A stretch of DNA of 64,000 nucleotides from NCBI GenBank assembly GCA_965198235.1, contig OZ240248.1, positions 1,280,001 to 1,344,000 on the forward strand, read 5' to 3'. A program made the position numbers and the translations under genes. The DNA is from Candidatus Poribacteria bacterium. Lineage in GTDB: Bacteria; Poribacteria; WGA-4E; WGA-3G. The notes under the pieces are model-generated. The model was not told where the DNA came from. It searched no databases and saw nothing but the letters and a program-made list of their open reading frames with translations. The stretch's first letter is position 1. Every line of letters begins with the position of its first letter. This document shows positions 52,027-62,771 of this stretch, piece by piece.

Positions 52027-54615
52027 CTAATGGATAATCTTTACCTTAACAATAGGACTATCCTGTTCAAACGGTTTATTGTTAATCATCACATCGCCTC
52101 GGAATTTAAACTCATACGTCTCCGGCGTTAAAGAGCTGAGTGCCTTTAGTGGAACTTTGGCTTCAGTCTCATTCGCCGGGATGGTAACCGCTTCCGTAGT
52201 GAAGCCTTCTGGGACATCAATCGGTGTCAGTGGGACTTCACCTGTAAAGCCTCCCTGCCGGACTATCGTTAACGTTAATATCGCTTCCTTTGTTTGCGGA
52301 TCTTCGTTTTTTGCTGTTTCGGTATCTGCTATTGGGTTTGCCGCAATTGCCACGATCCCGACTTCAGACCCTGCCGTTGCGTCGCTTTTTGCGGATGCAG
52401 GGAAGACAATGCTAAAGCGCAAAGGCTCAACCGTTACAATAAAGGGTGCCTCGGCGATAGTCAAAGGGATAGCAGGGGTCGATTGTTTCACCGACTCGCC
52501 ATTGACAGTCGCCGTTCCGGTAACTGAAATATAACTTGTACCGGGTGTCGGCAGAACGGAAAATTCCTCTCTCCGTTCAAAAGTCCCAGCTTTAACCAAA
52601 ACCATCGCTTCTGTTTCGCCTTCTGCAATAGTGACAGGTTTTGCGGAAACAGGATCAGGAAGTGCCGAAACGCGATTTGGAAGTCCTGATACCGATAATT
52701 CGATCGGACCGACGAAGTCATCGCGGCGGTTCGCTGTTATGTGGAGGTCAACCGTCTTGTTGTGCACAGCACTTAAACCGATCTCTGCGAGCGTCAGTGT
52801 GAATTCCGGTGCTTCCATCACGGTAAGCAGGATCGGAGAAGGAGTGGCAACGCGCTCTATCTGGCGACCACCAACCGAGCAAACCCCAACGATAGAGAGT
52901 GGCATGAGTCCGAGGGGTGCATCCCATGGAGTCGTTATCGTGAGCAGTGCCCGGTTTTGGGCTGCTCCAACAATAGTCGGACTCACATCAAATGTTTTCG
53001 GAAGCGCAGGGCAGTGCAGACGGATAGGACCCTTGAATTCGTCGAGACGAGTAACATCAACCTGCAATGTAACACTGCTGCCTCTACTGACGCGCGGATT
53101 ATCCATAGAGGACGGAAGTTTCCGAATGTCAAGGGCAACTACAACTATACTGAGTTGGCAGTCCGGTTCCAACGGACGGATGTTTAATCGGTACGGGTAG
53201 GTTTCACCGCCTTGGTTGTTCAGATCTCGAATGGCGACAGAGTACTTTCCAGCTTCTTCAAAATTCCAGTCAATACGGGCATCGGCACCGCTGACAGCAT
53301 CGTCGTTTACCATTAAGACCTGCTCTTTGTCGTCACTCCACGCCATGTCTTCCGCTGTGCCCATTGGTTTTCCTGGACCGTAGAGCGTGAGAAGGGCATC
53401 AAGTTTTGATGATAGTTTAAGTGTCTCTACCTCGAAAACAAGGAGCTGCGGTTCTTCAATCTCAAACGAAAACCAGTCAACATCACCGGATTTATCGATT
53501 TTCCCATTGAGCGTTATCGGTGTGGTTACAGCGTTCGCATTTCCAGTCGTGTTATTCGGTTCAATCTCCACCAGTTCCGCCCAATTTCCGATAGCGAAGG
53601 GATGTGGATTGGTAGCCAACCCAGAGGGAGTCTGGACCCGTAGAGATTGATCACCTGTCGGCGTTTCGGCACCTATTGAAACCTGTATAGACGCTACTGT
53701 CTCAAGGTTCGCGCCGGTGACAGTAATCGTATTCTCGGTGCCGCGTCGTCCACCAAGCGGAAAAATTGTCTCCAGATACGGTAGTTCGCCGATGCTCAAT
53801 CGATAACCATAGCCATCTCCGCCTTTGTAACGAATATCCCGAATGTGAAGCGTGTGCTTCCCAGTTTCAGGTACTGTGTAATCCAGAACGGAATCTAAGC
53901 CATCACCAAGTCCGCTGCTGGCGACCTCAGTCCCGTTAGCATCTCGGAGAACGAGGTAGGAATCCAGTAACGAGCCTATTCGCTGTGCTGCCACTTCACA
54001 GATAAGCCGGGCATCCTTTTTCAGTTGAAAGGTGAAACTATCTTCGTCATCGATTGAAGCGATTGTGCCGTTCACGGTAACCGGTAGCGCAAGCCAGTCG
54101 GTTTCCATTGTAGACGAGTTTTCCAACCCCGATTCCTCTGTCTCCTCCTCGATTATTTCTCGCAGGTTTCCAACCACGAAGCTACCTGCGTTGGAAACAC
54201 CATAAGGGGTGACGACGCGTATCTGTTGGACACCTAACGGTGCATCGGAGGCAATCGTCAGAGATGCAACCAACTGCGCGTCGGTGGCTATACTTCCAGA
54301 AACGCCAACACCGTTGAAAACGACGGCGGCTTGCCCCGTTTTTTCCTTAATTTCCGCGGTGATACCGCTCCCACTGAACCACACCGCTGTTGCTGTACCG
54401 AGATTGGTTCCTGTGAGTGTAACTTCTACGCTTCGTCCCTGTTGACCGCCTTGTGGGAAGGCAATCGTCAAGGCGGGTTGCACCTGCGCGTATGCAAAAC
54501 CAGTCGTTAGGAGAAAGATCGCTATGACGAGAAAGGACTGTTTTGTTAAAAAATGAGGGAGCGGCGAATTAATCCGTCTCCTCTGCTGAAATAACATGTT
54601 AGGCATTGCGATCAC
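52027..54615 (-). CDS. PPC (pre-peptidase C-terminal) domain exported protein, planctomycete type
   Basis: FPQGGQQG..VEVTL.G.NL, E.EPNN, GDVDWFSF, LDS.L.L.D repeats. Confidence 0.75.
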   Translation of the reverse strand: MIAMPNMLFQQRRRINSPLPHFLTKQSFLVIAIFLLTTGFAYAQVQPALTIAFPQGGQQGRSVEVTLTGTNLGTATAVWFSGSGITAEIKEKTGQAAVVFNGVGVSGSIATDAQLVASLTIASDAPLGVQQIRVVTPYGVSNAGSFVVGNLREIIEEETEESGLENSSTMETDWLALPVTVNGTIASIDDEDSFTFQLKKDARLICEVAAQRIGSLLDSYLVLRDANGTEVASSGLGDGLDSVLDYTVPETGKHTLHIRDIRYKGGDGYGYRLSIGELPYLETIFPLGGRRGTENTITVTGANLETVASIQVSIGAETPTGDQSLRVQTPSGLATNPHPFAIGNWAELVEIEPNNTTGNANAVTTPITLNGKIDKSGDVDWFSFEIEEPQLLVFEVETLKLSSKLDALLTLYGPGKPMGTAEDMAWSDDKEQVLMVNDDAVSGADARIDWNFEEAGKYSVAIRDLNNQGGETYPYRLNIRPLEPDCQLSIVVVALDIRKLPSSMDNPRVSRGSSVTLQVDVTRLDEFKGPIRLHCPALPKTFDVSPTIVGAAQNRALLTITTPWDAPLGLMPLSIVGVCSVGGRQIERVATPSPILLTVMEAPEFTLTLAEIGLSAVHNKTVDLHITANRRDDFVGPIELSVSGLPNRVSALPDPVSAKPVTIAEGETEAMVLVKAGTFERREEFSVLPTPGTSYISVTGTATVNGESVKQSTPAIPLTIAEAPFIVTVEPLRFSIVFPASAKSDATAGSEVGIVAIAANPIADTETAKNEDPQTKEAILTLTIVRQGGFTGEVPLTPIDVPEGFTTEAVTIPANETEAKVPLKALSSLTPETYEFKFRGDVMINNKPFEQDSPIVKVKIIH

Positions 54616-54760
54616 CTTATTTTTGGGTAGTGAAAAACCTGCTCATAAGCAAACATTATCAATTCGATCCAGTAGGTCGAACTTCCTTTGCTTTTACTGA
54701 GCAGGCTTAACTAAAATCGGTGTTGATTACGCTATATCAGCGACACCGCTGCGAAACCGT

Positions 54761-56206
54761 TTAGAATATCCCGGCAATCGGTTCGCCTTTCACCAATTCG
54801 CGTGGCTGATCTAAATGGTTATAGACGATAGTATGCGGATCAATACCGAGTGTATGGTAGACCGTGGCGAGGATGTCGCGCGGATGCACCGGGTTCTCAA
54901 GCGGCGTTGAGCCTGTTGCATCGGACTTCCCATAGACCTGCCCACCTTTAACACCAGCACCTGCAATCAGACCTGTGTAACAATAGGGCCAGTGATCGCG
55001 TCCATCAGGCGCGTTGCTGTTACCGGAGGTACTAATACCCATCCGCGGCGAGCGTCCGAATTCACCGACCGTTAAGACGAGTGTGTCTTCCAACATACCG
55101 CGTTGATGCAAGTCTTCGAGCAGTGAGGAGACGGCACTGTCTAACTTCGGGCAGTGAAGGTTTTTCAACGGACCAAAGTTGGTCGCGTGCGTATCCCATG
55201 CCGTTGTGGTCGGATCACCGTTAGCAACAGAGGGCCAGTTCACCTGTACGAAACGGGTGCCTGCTTCCACCAAACGGCGAGCGAGGAGTGCGCTCTGTCC
55301 AAACGTGTGTCTACCGTAACGATCCCGGACCTCGTCCGGTTCTTGAGACAAATCGAAAGCATTGCGTGCCCGTTGCGACAAGATGAGATTATACGCTTTC
55401 TCATAATGCTCGTTCAAGGCGTAGGAGTCTGCTACCTTATCAATTTCGGGCATTCCTGCGTTAATCGTCTCAAGGAGCGTTTTCCGCCGTTTCAGACGCA
55501 TCGGCGGCACCTCTGGACGTAAACTCAAATCGTCGAGATTAATTTCTTCGTTCGGATCTTGGAAGAGGAAATACGGATCATACGCTCTGCCAAGAAAACC
55601 AGCGTTTCCACCCTTACCGATGATATTACTCTCCTGCATCGGGCGCGGGAGTTGCACTGCCGCGAGCATCGGTTCGTCTGGTGGACGGTAGTTTGCGATA
55701 TGCGATGCGGCATTCGGATGATCGGCTGGGGACGGCGGATCGAGCTGTCCCGAAGGCGCGACCTTGTCTGGGGTTTCACCAGTTACCATTTGATACATCG
55801 CAGCGGTATGGTTGAACAGTCCCGCCGGTGTGTAACTTACCGAACGGATAAGGCAAGCTTTATCCATCTGTTGTGCCAAACGCGGCATCGTCTCAGACAA
55901 CTGGATCCCCGGCACGTTGGTCGGAATCGGACTAAATTCACCGCGGATGTTTGAAGGTGCTTCCGGTTTCGGATCCCAGATGTCAAGGTGGCTCGGACCG
56001 CCCTGCAAGAAAAGAAGGATGACCGAATTGGCTTTCCCCCATCCGTTGAGCGGTTTCGCGGGGTCAACTGTCGTGTTCGCGTTGGCTTGGAGTGACAAGA
56101 CTTGTGGCAAACTAATGCCGAGCATCGCCGCACCACCGACACGTAGAAATTCACGACGTGAGAACCCGTCACATAAACGTCCGGGTAGTTGTGGTAACGA
56201 TAACAT
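54761..56206 (-). CDS. DUF1501 domain protein
   Basis: Tat-like SRREFL, GGPSHLDIWDPKP, LLARRLVEAG, WDTH, GEFGRSP, GRDHW. Confidence 0.9.
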   Translation of the reverse strand: MLSLPQLPGRLCDGFSRREFLRVGGAAMLGISLPQVLSLQANANTTVDPAKPLNGWGKANSVILLFLQGGPSHLDIWDPKPEAPSNIRGEFSPIPTNVPGIQLSETMPRLAQQMDKACLIRSVSYTPAGLFNHTAAMYQMVTGETPDKVAPSGQLDPPSPADHPNAASHIANYRPPDEPMLAAVQLPRPMQESNIIGKGGNAGFLGRAYDPYFLFQDPNEEINLDDLSLRPEVPPMRLKRRKTLLETINAGMPEIDKVADSYALNEHYEKAYNLILSQRARNAFDLSQEPDEVRDRYGRHTFGQSALLARRLVEAGTRFVQVNWPSVANGDPTTTAWDTHATNFGPLKNLHCPKLDSAVSSLLEDLHQRGMLEDTLVLTVGEFGRSPRMGISTSGNSNAPDGRDHWPYCYTGLIAGAGVKGGQVYGKSDATGSTPLENPVHPRDILATVYHTLGIDPHTIVYNHLDQPRELVKGEPIAGIF

Positions 56207-56240
56207 CTATTGTTTCCTCCATCTTTTAAATTGTTAACAC

Positions 56241-56437
56241 TTGGGCACCGCTCCATTACATTACGCGGTGGTTTCTGGTTAAGTATAAAAGGGTTTCAGT
56301 GAACCCGCTCTGTGCACCGCGGGCGAGGTTTAAAACCTCGCCCACAGAATCGTATAAATTCATAGAAACCTTGAGATTTCGCCAAGAACCCGCTCGTAAT
56401 GAAATGGAGAGCGGCCCAGAGGCCCATAGTTAAAAAA
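56241..56437. repeat. Family A element with a nested REP palindrome
   Basis: Inverted arms ctccattacattacg / cgtaatgaaatggag; ends ccatagttaaaaaa against the TAA of the next gene. Confidence 0.7.
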
Positions 56438-58915
56438 TTAGCGATTGAATAAGAAGGCGGGACTGTTAATGAGTGCCCACAACAAGTCTTGCGCACCCTC
56501 TTCCTTAGATTCAGCACTCGCAAGATGGTCAATCGCTACTGCGTATTCGTTCTTCTCCGGTAACCGAGAAAGCGTTGCGAGATATAGTTCCTCAACGAGA
56601 ACCCGGTCATCATGATTCGTTTTGATGAGTTGTGCAATACGTCCTTCTGGATCGATGAGTGCCTCTGCAACCGTCGGTCCATTAATAAGATTCATTGCGT
56701 GTGCGAGGCTGACCTCGGTGGTACGTTCACATTCACACGAACTTTCGCGCTCAGGTCTGCCAAACAACTTCAAGAATCCGTCATCTTTGACTTTGCTGTC
56801 TGGCAATTGCACTGCTCGGAATTTTTTCGGCATCTCTTCAAACCGCGGGCGGCTTCCTGTCGCGATGCCGATGGCATCTAACAACTGTTCTGCCGTCAAG
56901 CGTCTGGCAGCTGCATGCGAAAAATTAATCGTATCAGCCTTGTTCCACTTGTTTGTTTTGATGCTCTGTTGATAGGTTCGAGAACGGGTGATTGTCTTCA
57001 TGATATGTTTCATGTCAAATCCGCTCTCCACGAAATCCTTTGTCAACGCATCAAGCAATTCCGGGTTAATGGGTGGATTACTGGTGCGGATGTCATCTAC
57101 AGGTTCGATAATCCCACGTCCCATGAAGTAACTCCAGAGGCGGTTCACACCTGCCCGAGCAAACATCGGATTCTCTTCAGAGGTGAGCCACTCTGCGAGC
57201 ATTTCGCGTTTGTCGTCGGTGTCCGCTGCAACTTCTCCGAACGGTACTGAGGGTTCAACCACGGCTAACGTCCGGGGGTGTTTCACAGGCTCAGTGGTAT
57301 AATTGGCATAGACGACCTCATCGCCGGGGAGTTGTCCCGGCTTGACCCTGACATCCGCGAAGAACGCACCGAGTTCATAATACTGATTTTGCGTCCATTT
57401 TTCAAACGGATGGTCATGACATTTATTGCACGAGAACCGGACACCTAAGAAGAGTTGTGTCGTATTTTCCACGGCAGCCGTGTATTCACGGGAGACACGG
57501 AAATAGTTCGCCGCCGGATTCGTGTAGGTGCTACCGGTTGCGGTAATCAGATCTCGCACAAACTCGTCATACGGACGATTCTGGGCGATGGCTTGATAGA
57601 TCCACTGCTGGAAAAGCCAGATCCCGCGTTCACCGAGGAATTTACGGTTGGACTGTAAAAGATCGCCCCATTTATGTGTCCAGTGATCGACGAACTCCGA
57701 TGTCTCGGCGAGGGCATCAATGAGGTTCTCCCGTTTGGTTTTAGAGGCTGTGGTATCGGTCAAGAAACTCCGCACCTGTTTCGGAGTCGGGGGAATACCT
57801 GTTAAATCGAAATAGATACGCCGTACAAACTCTTCATCCGTGCAGAGATCTGAAGGTAGGATTTTCATCCGCTTCAGTTTATTGTGAACGTGCGTGTCAA
57901 TGTAGTTGTATTCGTGGGTGTCAACCCACTTGTAACCACTCCTGTTGCCCATAACGATGATGCCGTTCGTGCTATAGGCACCTTCATATCGAGTAAGAAT
58001 AGCAGTTTCGCCGCGGCGTTCTGCGGTTACCACACCTTCGTCTGTGATCTTTGCCACCTCATTGAGGCTACTTGTGAACTTTGCTTCACGGGTGACATCC
58101 CGCGTTGTGCCGTCGGGATAGTGTGCGATCACTATAAGTTGTTGCTTCATACCCGCCATTGCGAGCTCAGCAGTATTTGGTATGACTTCCAACCTTTCGA
58201 CGCGTTTTGTGGTTTCAACATCAGGAATAGCCCCTTCCGCTATCCATTGACGGATAATCTCATAATCCCGATCCCCTGGGACAACTACCTGTCCGCCTTT
58301 GTGCGGTACCTCCGATGTTGTTTTTAGCAACATCAGGCTTTGTTCGGGAAATGCCCGGTTAAACCGCCGTGCGGATATGTCCTCAATTAAGAGTTCATAG
58401 TCGAAATCGGGGTCGTAGCCACGGAGCGAGAGTTTGAACCCATTTTTGCCTTTTGCTGCCCCGTGACATGTGCCATTATTACACCCAGCGTGGGTCAAAA
58501 GGGGCATGACATCTCGCACGAAACTGATAGGGGGCGTATCCATGCTTTTAACGGTCACGGACAATTCAGTGCTGACACCTTTGACAGTCACCGTAATTTT
58601 TGTTCTGCCCACCGCCATCGGGAAGATATAACCATCTTCATACACCTTCACCCCTGCGGTGGTGGGTGTCAATGTCGCCCATGGTGTTACATCTACCCAT
58701 GTGCCACTTTTCGTCTTTCCTGACACAAGCACCCGTCTACCGTCACGCGCATGCTCCAATGTCAGTGACTCGGGATAAACTTTCAACGCTTGCACCGTTG
58801 GAACTTCTACACTCGCAGGCTGTTCCATCTCGCTCGACGCTGTCAGTTGGAACGCGAGACAGATAGAGAATGCAACAAGGAATGTTGTTACAAAGTTAGA
58901 CCTGGGTTTCATCAA
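56438..58915 (-). CDS. DUF1549/DUF1553 domain protein with Ig-like domains
   Basis: GCNNGTCHG, GFKLSLRGYD, FVRRIYFDLTG.PP, CNKCHDHPFEKW, NRLW...GRG..EP.DD, FGRP.R...CECER. Confidence 0.9.
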   Translation of the reverse strand: MMKPRSNFVTTFLVAFSICLAFQLTASSEMEQPASVEVPTVQALKVYPESLTLEHARDGRRVLVSGKTKSGTWVDVTPWATLTPTTAGVKVYEDGYIFPMAVGRTKITVTVKGVSTELSVTVKSMDTPPISFVRDVMPLLTHAGCNNGTCHGAAKGKNGFKLSLRGYDPDFDYELLIEDISARRFNRAFPEQSLMLLKTTSEVPHKGGQVVVPGDRDYEIIRQWIAEGAIPDVETTKRVERLEVIPNTAELAMAGMKQQLIVIAHYPDGTTRDVTREAKFTSSLNEVAKITDEGVVTAERRGETAILTRYEGAYSTNGIIVMGNRSGYKWVDTHEYNYIDTHVHNKLKRMKILPSDLCTDEEFVRRIYFDLTGIPPTPKQVRSFLTDTTASKTKRENLIDALAETSEFVDHWTHKWGDLLQSNRKFLGERGIWLFQQWIYQAIAQNRPYDEFVRDLITATGSTYTNPAANYFRVSREYTAAVENTTQLFLGVRFSCNKCHDHPFEKWTQNQYYELGAFFADVRVKPGQLPGDEVVYANYTTEPVKHPRTLAVVEPSVPFGEVAADTDDKREMLAEWLTSEENPMFARAGVNRLWSYFMGRGIIEPVDDIRTSNPPINPELLDALTKDFVESGFDMKHIMKTITRSRTYQQSIKTNKWNKADTINFSHAAARRLTAEQLLDAIGIATGSRPRFEEMPKKFRAVQLPDSKVKDDGFLKLFGRPERESSCECERTTEVSLAHAMNLINGPTVAEALIDPEGRIAQLIKTNHDDRVLVEELYLATLSRLPEKNEYAVAIDHLASAESKEEGAQDLLWALINSPAFLFNR

Positions 58916-59342
58916 AAAACTCGGCGTGGGACCCCCGGCTGTGATCGACGAAGGAAACGCCGTCCTCCTTAAATCTGATTTTTTACGATTGAGTTTTTGC
59001 TCTGTTTTTCTCCGTGTTGATCATCAACTCGTGCCTTTATAAAATGTGGAAGACGAGTTGACGGTCAAGAAAACGGATTCCTGCCTAATTGGTAGCGAAG
59101 TATTTCTGCGTATTTCCCTAAGAAAACCTCACTGGTGGTTAAATTATGCGATTTTAGACGGTTGACCTGTAAGTCACGTCAAGATAGCATAATTGGATAA
59201 TGGACCCTTAATCGTCGTTAATTTGCCTCAATCTATCATCTGTCTTCGTTCTATGTTTCAAACTAAAATTTCTTATTATTGCTATTCTTGCAGTAGATTT
59301 ACGATTTTTTATCGCCTTAGGTTCGCTGACGAACATCTCGCG

Positions 59343-60197
59343 CTATTTCTGATTTTTCAGTCGTCCCCACACGATTGGCAGCTTACCGCCAGCGGAAACC
59401 TCCGCGAATTCCGATTCACTTGCTAACCAGTTGATAACGTTTTCTGTGAGTTTCTCTATTTGATCAATATCCTCGTTGTTCTTATGATAATTTGGGAGCC
59501 GCCAGTTCATATTGAATACTTTACCGTCCCCAGCTTCCCAATAACCGAACGCTGCAATCCTGTCCGTGTAATTGGTGCCCCGCTCCCAAGCATGCGCAAG
59601 CGTCGTAAAATTCTTCCAAATTTTGTCGTAATAGTCACCACTTTTCGGATATCCAGTTGAATTGACCTGAATCCAATCCTCGACTTTCGGTGTCTTCCCA
59701 TCAACGTTCTTGAGTCCATCTATCAACCCGAGTGCCAGTGTCTCTTTGAGGACGATAATACCGACATTGCTTCCATCGTTTTCAACGGGTCCAAATGCCC
59801 GTGCTTGCGCATCTTCTAATCCCATCGATGTTGCATAACGAATCGCCCAACCTGTTAAGAGGACCGCGCCGCCGCTTTCAGCGTAGTCTAAAAACGCATC
59901 AATTTCTGCCTTGGACAGTGCCCCCGGATCAGTATCACCTTCATGCCACCAGATAACACCGAACTCCTTGAATGTGTCGCTCTTCAAATCCGCTTTCGCG
60001 AGTTGCTTCGTTTTGAACGTCTTTTCAGCAAACTCCAATGCGGGTGAAGTGAAGTCACCTTTATCACCGAGGTAAATAAACCCAACTTCCACTGCAGTAT
60101 TACCAATACTTATACCAAAATAGAGAAGAAATGTCAAACAAAATACGATTTGGCAAAATGTGTAAGCCGAATCTTGCCATTTAAAAGTCCGTTTCAT
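59343..60197 (-). CDS. Exported protein (ThuA/DUF4960-like) with a C-terminal KLP..WG.LK tail
   Basis: Signal-like N-terminus, VIWWH, Y...GG.VLL.G; tail VSAGGKLPIVWGRLK. Confidence 0.6.
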   Translation of the reverse strand: MKRTFKWQDSAYTFCQIVFCLTFLLYFGISIGNTAVEVGFIYLGDKGDFTSPALEFAEKTFKTKQLAKADLKSDTFKEFGVIWWHEGDTDPGALSKAEIDAFLDYAESGGAVLLTGWAIRYATSMGLEDAQARAFGPVENDGSNVGIIVLKETLALGLIDGLKNVDGKTPKVEDWIQVNSTGYPKSGDYYDKIWKNFTTLAHAWERGTNYTDRIAAFGYWEAGDGKVFNMNWRLPNYHKNNEDIDQIEKLTENVINWLASESEFAEVSAGGKLPIVWGRLKNQK

Positions 60198-60375
60198 GAT
60201 TGCTCCTTGTATGTTTACACAAAGTGGCGCGCAAATGCTTACACCTACTGATAGCATCCTCCAAAAATGGCGTTGATGCTCGTATCAGGCTTTTCTTTCC
60301 TCTGGTTCTCCATAATAGTATCATGCAATAATGTTTTTGTCAAGGTCTTTGGCGTAGAATTCGCGGATATTGTCC

Positions 60376-61167
60376 CTATAAAGACAAGTCTGAGTCGTTA
60401 TAGCACTCACGAAGTCGTTCGTTGCCCATTTTCACGAAACTCGGTTCAATCTCAAATCCGATAAAATCCCGCTGATGCCGCTTACACACCACAGGACAAG
60501 TACCGACTCCAGCAAAGGGATCCAAAACCAAATCCCCCGGTGATGAACTCGCTAACACAATCCGCTCAATGAGTCTCTCCGGTTTCTGGATGGTATTAAG
60601 TGTCTTTCTACTCACTAACTCCTTGGATTTATAGGTTAATTGCTTTATATCGCCCCAGACATCGCCGGGATTCTTTCCTTTCGGATTATATTTTGTTTTC
60701 CCGAACTTACCGTTTGTTACCGATGGCACATTTTCACACCGACTCCGATGCTCTAGCTCGACAAGTTGCGCGACTCTGATCGCATCAAGGTTGTAGCACC
60801 GCGGCTTTTTGCCCTTGATGAAATAACAGATAATATCGTAGTTATTGGTGTAACTGATTCGTCCCTGTGCAAGCCGACTTGGCTGATACCATACGATCTT
60901 TGAACGAAGATTTAAGTATTCTCGATAGTCTATGAAGTCAATACAATCCGATTTACCAAACAGATAGAGCGCGCCTCCGTCCTTCAATTTCGACGCGAAA
61001 TCTTTGATAAGCGCGAGATTGAATTCCTGAATTGAGGGTATTTTATCCCACGGCTCCTCTGTTATGCCATACGGTCCATCACACACAATCAGGTCCACTG
61101 AAGCGTCTTTTACCTCTTTCAGTAGGGTGAAGGTATCGCCGCAATAGATCGTGTTGCGCTCAAGCAT
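60376..61167 (-). CDS. Orphan beta-class N4/N6 DNA methyltransferase
   Basis: VDLIVCDGPY, QKPERLIERI, GDLVLDPFAGVGT. Confidence 0.88.
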   Translation of the reverse strand: MLERNTIYCGDTFTLLKEVKDASVDLIVCDGPYGITEEPWDKIPSIQEFNLALIKDFASKLKDGGALYLFGKSDCIDFIDYREYLNLRSKIVWYQPSRLAQGRISYTNNYDIICYFIKGKKPRCYNLDAIRVAQLVELEHRSRCENVPSVTNGKFGKTKYNPKGKNPGDVWGDIKQLTYKSKELVSRKTLNTIQKPERLIERIVLASSSPGDLVLDPFAGVGTCPVVCKRHQRDFIGFEIEPSFVKMGNERLRECYNDSDLSL

Positions 61168-61197
61168 AATTTCGTTATCTCAGTTCCACCGGCAGGT

Positions 61198-61290
61198 TTA
61201 ATCTTTGTTAGCGTGGTGTATTGCTTTTCCAGCGACTATCCCCAACCCTGTAAGAAACACTACAAGTGTCAAAATTGCGACCCATTCCAT
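61198..61290 (-). CDS. 30-aa single-pass membrane peptide
   Basis: GAGGA Shine-Dalgarno at the sulfatase stop; MEWVAILTLVVFLTGLGIVAGKAIHHANKD*. Confidence 0.5.
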   Translation of the reverse strand: MEWVAILTLVVFLTGLGIVAGKAIHHANKD

Positions 61291-61299
61291 CACAATTCC

Positions 61300-62748
61300 T
61301 CACATCGGTCCCACGCGCCGGGGTCCTCTGTCCATGGCAGACATGGATGCATCAAAACTCTGTTTTAAAAGTTCAAATTTGATGTCCTGTTTCGCATCGA
61401 CATGCCAGAGATTCTCAAACTCGTCCGGGTCATTGATGAGGTCGTAGAGTTCACCCTCTTCGTGTCCGTGATAAACTACTAATTTGTAACGTTCATTTCG
61501 GTACATTGTTGCGAAAGTGTGATCCGGCAGATCCACAGCGTCGTAGTACTCACATCGGACGAAATCACGGTGATGGTTCGGATCCGCTTCACCTCGGAGA
61601 ATAGGCAGGAGTGATGTGCCGTGCATCTCCTCGGGGACTGTTAAGCCTGCCAATTCCAAGAGTGTCGGTGCTTTGTCAACGAGTTCAACAAGTGCGTCAC
61701 TCTTAAGTCCGTTCGCAAACTGTCCTTGCCATGAGAAAATCAGTGGCACCCGGACCAAGCCTTCGTAAAACCTACAACCCTTTTGGATGAGCCCGTGGTC
61801 GCCGAGTGTTTCTCCATGGTCACTCGTGAAAATGATGACAGTGTTTTCCCGTTGTCCTGTTTCGTCAAGCGTTTCAAGGATCCTACCCAACTGCTCGTCA
61901 ATCAGTTGGATCATCGCGTAATAGGCAGCTATGAGTGTTTTAGCATCTCTCGCCCCGACTGCCTCTGTTTCTTGACGCGGTGTCTGCGGTAAAATTGGAC
62001 TCCGAATATCCAGTTCATCAGGTGTACGTACTTTGGATTGAAAATCAACCGCTTGGAGCCGGGTCTGCTGTTCCAGATCGCTGTTTCGGAAAAGCGGCTC
62101 TGGCATTTCCGCCGGATTGTATTGGTCTCGGTGTGTCTGTGGTGGATTGAACGGCGGATGCGGGTCGTAAATATTGACACTCGCAAGCCAAGGGCAATCC
62201 CGGTCTTCGCGAATAAACTCAATCGTCTTTTCCGCACACCATGTCGTCTGATGCAACTCCGCTGGCACACCTTCCGGATTCTGGTTCAACTCGCCTAAAA
62301 CGTATCCCTTCGTGCCGACCCAATCAGCATAGTCGTGTCCCTGTTCCCAGTCATCGCGTGGCGCATGGCTGTATTGCCAATAACGGTAACCGTCGTTTAC
62401 ACGTGGCTCCACCCGGCCGTAAGCACTCGCAAGATGAAGTTTGCCAATCAGTCCGCAATCATAACCGATGTCCGCAAGGGTGCGCGTTACAAGCGGATAC
62501 GCATCTGGAAAAAAGTCGTTTCCGTTACGAATCGCGTGTGTTGCGCTTGGGTACATACCTGTGAGAAAGCTGGCTCGGCTCGGCGTGCAGATAGGGCTTT
62601 GACAATAGGCGTATGTAAACGAGACCCCTTCCGCCACTAAATTATCAATGTTCGGTGTTGACACGGACGGGTTACCTAATGCGCCAATTGTGTCGTAACG
62701 CTGCTGATCCGTGCAAACCCAGAGGATATTTGGAGTCTTAGCAGCCAT
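61300..62748 (-). CDS. Sulfatase
   Basis: CTDQQR, CTPSRA, GKLHL, TSDHG. Confidence 0.92.
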   Translation of the reverse strand: MAAKTPNILWVCTDQQRYDTIGALGNPSVSTPNIDNLVAEGVSFTYAYCQSPICTPSRASFLTGMYPSATHAIRNGNDFFPDAYPLVTRTLADIGYDCGLIGKLHLASAYGRVEPRVNDGYRYWQYSHAPRDDWEQGHDYADWVGTKGYVLGELNQNPEGVPAELHQTTWCAEKTIEFIREDRDCPWLASVNIYDPHPPFNPPQTHRDQYNPAEMPEPLFRNSDLEQQTRLQAVDFQSKVRTPDELDIRSPILPQTPRQETEAVGARDAKTLIAAYYAMIQLIDEQLGRILETLDETGQRENTVIIFTSDHGETLGDHGLIQKGCRFYEGLVRVPLIFSWQGQFANGLKSDALVELVDKAPTLLELAGLTVPEEMHGTSLLPILRGEADPNHHRDFVRCEYYDAVDLPDHTFATMYRNERYKLVVYHGHEEGELYDLINDPDEFENLWHVDAKQDIKFELLKQSFDASMSAMDRGPRRVGPM

Positions 62749-62771
62749 ATCAACCTTTACATGTCTACCGA

